From: Chrysomallon squamiferum
Lineage: Eukaryota > Animalia > Mollusca
Reading direction: 5' to 3'
Length of the DNA: 64,000 nucleotides
NCBI GenBank assembly: GCA_012295275.1
Contig: CM022678.1
Span: forward strand, 12,710,001-12,774,000
Made by a program: the position numbers and the translations under genes. Below the pieces are notes generated by a model. That model worked only from the letters and a program-made list of their open reading frames with translations, did no database searches and had not been told where the DNA came from. Shown here piece by piece: positions 57,297 through 64,000 of this stretch (positions are counted from its first letter, which is position 1; each line of letters opens with the position of its first letter).

Positions 57297-60105
57297 ACAT
57301 CTGATAAAAAAACCATCATGATGCAGGATTTCTGAGATTTTTATGAAATATGAAATGATGATTATACCATACATATAATTATGAAAATTAAAAAAACTTC
57401 CATTAGAAATATATATATAATTTTTTTATTTGGGACTGAATTTCTTTTTTTATTATCTTTTGTTTTGGAACAAGTAATAATACTGGACAATTCCATTTTT
57501 AAAATGATTAAAACTATAATATTTTCTATATTGTCAAAGAAAAAAAAGTATTTAATTAATTAATGTTTTTAAATTGATTTTATATTTAAAAAAATAAAAA
57601 GTTCATAAACAGTTTTACATTAATTTCTGTTTCTTAAACAATTAAAAAGGTTGTTTAAATAAAACAAGACAAGCTTCAGTATCATTTTAGGCAGATCTCA
57701 AAACTGAACGACTTTACTTGGACTAATGGATGGGGAGAAAAATAAATAAATGCTAATCCACAAATTCCTACTGAAGAAATGCCATAATAAAATAATTTAT
57801 GACATGAAAACTGAATAAGAGATATTTTTGATATTTAGTTTTATATTATTTTGACAAATTCTGTAAGAAATGTTTTTGATACTTTGAATGTTTAAAAGTG
57901 TTCATGTAGCTGTATAATCTGTGTGTGAAATAAAAAACTCATATTATCTAGACTATTTTAAGATAAAAATGAAGATTATAACTGATTTGATAAATAAATA
58001 TTAACGTGATGATTGTAACGAAATGAAACATTTTTTTTGTTTTGTCTTCATATGAAGAAATATAATAATTTTGTAATCAATATCACTTTACACTTTAAAC
58101 ATGCATCACAAAAGGCATCAATGAAAAATCACAAAGAAAAAAATTTTTTTTTTTTCTTTAGCACTCCTAAGTAAAATGATTGATTGTCAATAATAATAAT
58201 CAAGTTATTATTTAATATTGTGATAAAAAAAAAACAGAACTAATATTTATAGTTTATATATCAATAAATTTGAGTAACCTAGTGTTGGCTTTCAAAAAGT
58301 AAATATTATAAAAGCTCACAAATAAATGTTCCAAGTTATTAAAAATCTTGAATTTATTTTTTTTCTGGAATCTAAATCAACAAATTTTGGCAAAATAAAC
58401 TGGCAAATGAAAATGTTTGCAAAGCACTATTCTGTCTGACAACATTTCTGCTACAACACACACAGTTTATACAACTCCAAATAGAAGTCTACTTACAATA
58501 AAATTTACAAAAATTACTTAGCTACAGAAAAACATTATGCAAATTCAGTAAAAAAACTAAAATTATTTCTCCCACAACCAGATTGGCATACTGAAAATGT
58601 GTCAAACTTTTACAAAAATGTTCAGTAACAATCCAAGTAATTAATGATCTTTTGAAAAATATGCGAACAATTTAATAGATATATATATATATAATCAAAA
58701 AATAATAATAAACTATGTTTTTATGATTATAATCTAGAATGTTGTTTTTTAACATGTACAAAATAACCTATAGTAATACTATAAAATATCCTCTTGCAAA
58801 ATGAGTGACCTTGTTGCACTAATTAACAGTTATATATAAAAGATATTAGATATTCATGTCTCACATTTTTTTAATGATCTGGTTAACTAATAGTGTAATC
58901 AAAAATATTTTGTAACTGTAAAAGTGATTATATCAATTTCTACTTTATAATATTTCCATAAAGTATATTCATTAACAACTAATAAAAATTAAATATCCAC
59001 TAGAATTTCAGATCTTCTTCCCTTTCCAATCTATCAGGTTTATCTCTAAAATCTATCTTATACAAACATTCTTGAATATGGGAGATAATGAATTCATCTG
59101 GTTATTTACTAACTATTATAAATAATAATAAACACTGTTAACACTTGTGAATGTCCGAGATTCATAATCAGATCCAGCAAGTTACCAAATATTATTAATT
59201 ACTACAGAATTAACAAAAAAAACATTAACTATAATCTAGAGATATTAATATTCCACATTCACTACAACAGTAATCAAAATATTGTGAACTATATGCATTT
59301 GCAGAAATAATCCTAATTACTTGCTAAATTAATATTACCTTTTATTACAATAAACATTACTAATATTATTGAAAATATCAACACAGATCTAAACATTACT
59401 GATGGATATTTATCATTCTTTTGAACTGTGTTGTTATCAAATATAAATATTATTTTGTATAACTTTTATCAAATATTTATAAACTACAGCATTTACCAAT
59501 TTCCAGTGTGCTTACTCTATTCACAAAACTAGTCAAGTCAACATCTATCTATTTCTTAACATTCTTATACCATTAACACACATTACAATTATTTTTAAAT
59601 TATGAGCTTATTTAATATTTTGCACAACAATTCAATCTATCCAACATCCAGCAGACCAAAATGTAAAATACATTTATAGATGATCATAACAATGGACATA
59701 ATCATAACTAAAACAAACAAAAAATAATCTACGTATCTGACATAAATAGCAAAATGAGTGACTCATTGTTTATAATATTTACTACTTAAAATTACTAAAC
59801 ATAAAAGAGGGCACATTATAATATTTTTTCACTGACTATCACTAAATATTCCATCTGTCAAACATCAGATTAACAAAAGTGGAAAAAATTCATGATTCAC
59901 ATGTATATTGTTAAAGTTGATATTTATAAAATTGGAAATGTCGAAATATACTGTCTCAAGCTATCTCTACAGGTGGATAAAAGCAAAATTAAAAAATCAA
60001 TATCATAACCTGTTTACCAAATATTAACCAATCTGCTTTGAGAACATAATCTCAATTTTTCCATAAAATTAAAATACATTCCTCATGTGTATTGTTGATT
60101 TTACC

Positions 60106-60136
<31 letters not shown>

Positions 60137-63100
60137 TTATACCCTGTATATCATTTTTATACCTGGAATATAACACTTATTATTTTCTATCTTGTCAATG
60201 ATGACAACATACATTCACATTCACAGTTCACCATTATTTCTTGTTGCCAATACCACACATAAAATTATTTCAACATTACATACTCAGTACATATTTAATT
60301 TTTCTACAATTAAATCATGCACACATCTTATTTTCATTATCAAAACTTTACATGCTGACTCACAGTCCAAAAAAAATAAAAAATAAAAAATCAAATAAAT
60401 AAATCAAATAAATAAATAAATCAATAAATAAACAATTTAATTTCATTGCTCAAAATACAAACAAGTAATTTTTACACCTGTTTTCCCATTTACAAATAAA
60501 CAAATAAAACATTATTAGAAATTAACCATATTTATCATTTACACAAATTAAATAAAATATACATATATCAACAATACCAAGAAAAAACTAATCATTCTAT
60601 GCATTGACTAGGTACAGGATTTGTGTCGCTTTTATTCATTTCACAAATTTTTGTGCTTGATACGTGAAATGGGCAAAAATAGCTATCAAAACCTTTATTT
60701 TTATTTATTTAATTTTTTTTTTTTTATTAATGTTATTTCAGTTATTATTATTTAATTTTACAATTCTTTATGTAATTTATGCTAATTAGTAAACCCATTC
60801 TTTAAAACAAGAACAAAAAGTATAAATAATTTAAATGTCACAAACTAACAAAGTAACTGTCAGGTCAGCGTAATCAAAAACAATGTAATTTTACTACCAG
60901 TTATTGTTACATTGAGGACAAAAGTTGGAATTGGAAAAAAGGAAGCCAAATTCAAATCTAAACATAGCTATATAAATGAACTTAAAAGTGGAGCCCATGC
61001 ATTGTTGAAAAAATGATAAAACATCACTTTCAGGAACATTCACCAAAACTAAACATTCATATTTATACACCATTAAAAAAACAAAAGCATGAATTCAAAT
61101 TTATTCATGTAACAAATACACGTTTACTGTATGTCTATGTATAATTGTTTGAATTTGTAAATTTCAACAAAGCTGAAAATAAATTCATATACATTATACT
61201 TGTTTACACAATTCAATTTTAAAAACAAACACCTTTGCATCAAGATACACAAATGTCTGATATTTCAGAATACAGCCCAGAAAGATATCAATAAATAAAT
61301 AAATAATAAATAAATAATTACAAAAAGTGGTTAAGATTAGAAAATGTCTGGCTTCACAAATGATGGATAAGAGAAGTTTAAGGGAATGTGAGGAAAGAAG
61401 GAAAAATAATTGAAGACATTTTCTCAGAGATCATTTTAATTTGAAAACCCCCAAAACCCCTTATATTTAAGAAACTATTTATCATAAGAAATGGAAAGGA
61501 ACTTTTTGATTTGATAATGACACAAAATATTAAACCATTCAAAAAAATAAAATAAAATAAATAGATAAAAAATTATTAATTTAAAGGTAGAGAATTTTTT
61601 TACTATTAACTGTGACGTCATAAAATACAAAATATTCAATTATTTTTATAAATTGGATAAATTAAATATTTTAAGAACAAATTAAACAAAAGTTATTAAA
61701 TTAACTTCTAAAGAAAAAAATGAATTAAATAAATTGAAGTAACAAATTTTTTATTTTCTTATTAAAAATAATAAAACGTAACAGATTTAATGACAATTAT
61801 TTTAAAAAGAAATATATATATAATCACTCACTGAAACTATAAATAACTATTTTTATCAATCTACTTTGTGCAGGTCTGAGGTAATATGCATGAGGATTGT
61901 CATATATCATAATTTAATTATATATTCCCCCTGAAAGATGACCCTCCCCCCCACTCCATAAAAGGAGTTAGTTTTTGACATTGTTTTTTACACATAATAA
62001 AACTGAGTCAGTAAAATAAAAATAAAAATTTGAAACAAATTTCTGTGACAAGTGATAATGAATTTAAAGCATTTTAAAGATGACGAATGGCAGTCATTTA
62101 TTCATCATGACTTGACAATGCTGTGAAACAGTAAAATTTTAAAAATACAATGATAATGTGTTGTACAATGATGAGGTATGCAGGTAAAAACAATGAATAA
62201 AAACTAATTTGTGCTCACAGTATATACAAACAATACTTCCAAGCATTTGCAACCCTATCTACTATAACTGGTCACACTATCACTAAATATTTTAATTTTA
62301 GTTTAATTATTACTTTATTTATATAGTTTAAGATTAGTTAAGAACATTTATTTACCATAAAATTAAACAACAAAAGTTAAATATAATTCAGTAAATTTAG
62401 TACATGGTTTGATTCTGAAAAAGTAGTTTCACCTTTAGTTTGACACATAAATATAACTTGACATTTTTCTCTTTTTAAAAAATTATTTGGAGAAAGAAAA
62501 ATTCCTCAGTAGAAAATCTATAATTGAGGCAAGTTGTTACTATTCTTGTATAAAAAAATCACACTAACTGCTGCTACTACTACTACTACTGCCTGGGTGG
62601 TGCAGCTGCTGTCTGTGTGACCTATTTCACCAGACAGGGTCACAGTTTGGCTCATTCTTTATGATTAGAACATTTTAAAACTAACAACAAAGCTCACAAC
62701 TCCTTGAAATTGTCATTTATCTTTCTCTGCAGCATAATATAAATATTATTATAAGTTGATTGTTTGTTAATAAACACCAAACAAAATAAAATAAAAATTT
62801 GGTGGGTTAAAATACATTTTTTGCTGTTTTTTATTTTTCAGATCTTTAGCTCAACCAGAAGAAGCCATTAGAAATTATTTTTAGTTTCTGTGAAAGTATA
62901 TCATGGGAGGTGGCAAGGGAAACAATTTCAGATTGATAATTCTTTTAACAGATTGTAACAACAAGATACCAGAAAACTGATTCTGTTGTTAATGTTGCAG
63001 ATCACTGAAGCCTATCTATGATACCATTTTATAGATTAATAAAGTAATAATAATTTAAAAAAAAATAATTCAAAATAATTTATAAATCAATAAATAATAA

Positions 63101-63314
63101 ATAACTTAGAATAATAAATAAATAAATATTGATATCAGCAGTCTACAGTAATAATAATAATAAGAAGAAGAAGAAGAGGAAGAAGAAGAACAAAAGGGTG
63201 AATCTGGCCTTTACTGAAATAGATTTACTATTAACTATCTAATGGCAGCCATTATTTCCCCCTGGATATACTTTACAAGAGCCATGCACTATGGGCAATA
63301 TTTTCCTGAAACTG

Positions 63315-63363
<49 letters not shown>

Positions 63364-63626
63364 CTTCAAAAACAACCCTTTCAATTAAGAATATCTTCAC
63401 AGCCAACAGATTGAATAAATAAAATAATTATGTAATTATATAATAAAGCACTGAAAAACAGTCGATGGCAATTTGATCACTAATACACTTAAATAAATAA
63501 ATAAATAAATAAATATATTAATGATTGCAACTGAAAATTAAAAGTGAAGAGTAATCTTAAAGGCTTTGCTGACTGCAGCAAACAGTTGCAGTTGTTTTAA
63601 CAATAATAATAAGTTAGTTAGCATAG

Positions 63627-63779
63627 TCAGGCCTTGAACTTTATCTTGTACAACTTCAGTTTGAAACCAAGCAGTTCTGTGAGGACTGCTGAAAATGCCG
63701 ACAGCACAACGACTTTGGTGACGTTGTAGATGAAGGGATTAGCAGAAAATCCTGAGATCTTGAATGGACTCTCCAGTTC
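63627..63779 (-). CDS. PHTF: Last coding exon of PHTF-family protein (gene continues beyond the window)
   Basis: Acceptor tttttcag, then ELESPFKISGFSANPFIYNVTKVVVLSAFSAVLTELLGFKLKLYKIKFKA*. Matches the recalled PHTF1/2 C-terminus ([47 protein letters not shown]). Confidence 0.88.
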   Translation of the reverse strand, partial: ELESPFKISGFSANPFIYNVTKVVVLSAFSAVLTELLGFKLKLYKIKFKA

Positions 63780-64000
63780 CTGAAAAAAATAAAAATAAAT
63801 AATAAAAAATAAAAATAAATAAATGAGAAACAAAACAGAATGAATGGATGGATAATAGATGAATTTGTTAATGAATGACTGTATTTATTTTAAAATTTAT
63901 TTACTATTAGAAACTCTTCAATAAATTCAAAATATGTATACAAATTTAAAAATTATTAGTAGAGGCTATTCAATAAATTCAAAATATGTATATAAATTAA

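Overview
AT-rich, microsatellite-dense, intron-containing animal genomic DNA (invertebrate, plausibly mollusc; inferred from composition only). Spliced by hand, it holds: (1) a 3-exon orphan gene for a 106-aa secreted, prohormone-like protein (+, 19596-21907); (2) TMEM241/SLC35D4 (-, 14 coding exons, 335 aa); (3) kynureninase KYNU (-, 465 aa); (4) an ankyrin-repeat/SOCS-box gene (+, 407 aa); (5) the last coding exon of a PHTF-family gene (-). The first 17 kb holds pseudogene relics, a decayed tandem duplication and a LINE remnant. The strongest unusual signal is in KYNU. It has two intact, equally long (83 nt), same-phase, synonymously diverged copies of the exon carrying the His102-equivalent substrate-specificity segment, i.e. 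apparent mutually exclusive exons that would give two active-site variants. Also notable are a minisatellite that multiplies the splice donor of the orphan peptide gene eight times, and candidate poison exons and an in-frame uORF in TMEM241. Most ORFs in the supplied track are microsatellite artefacts. All family calls are from recalled sequence similarity, not database searches.
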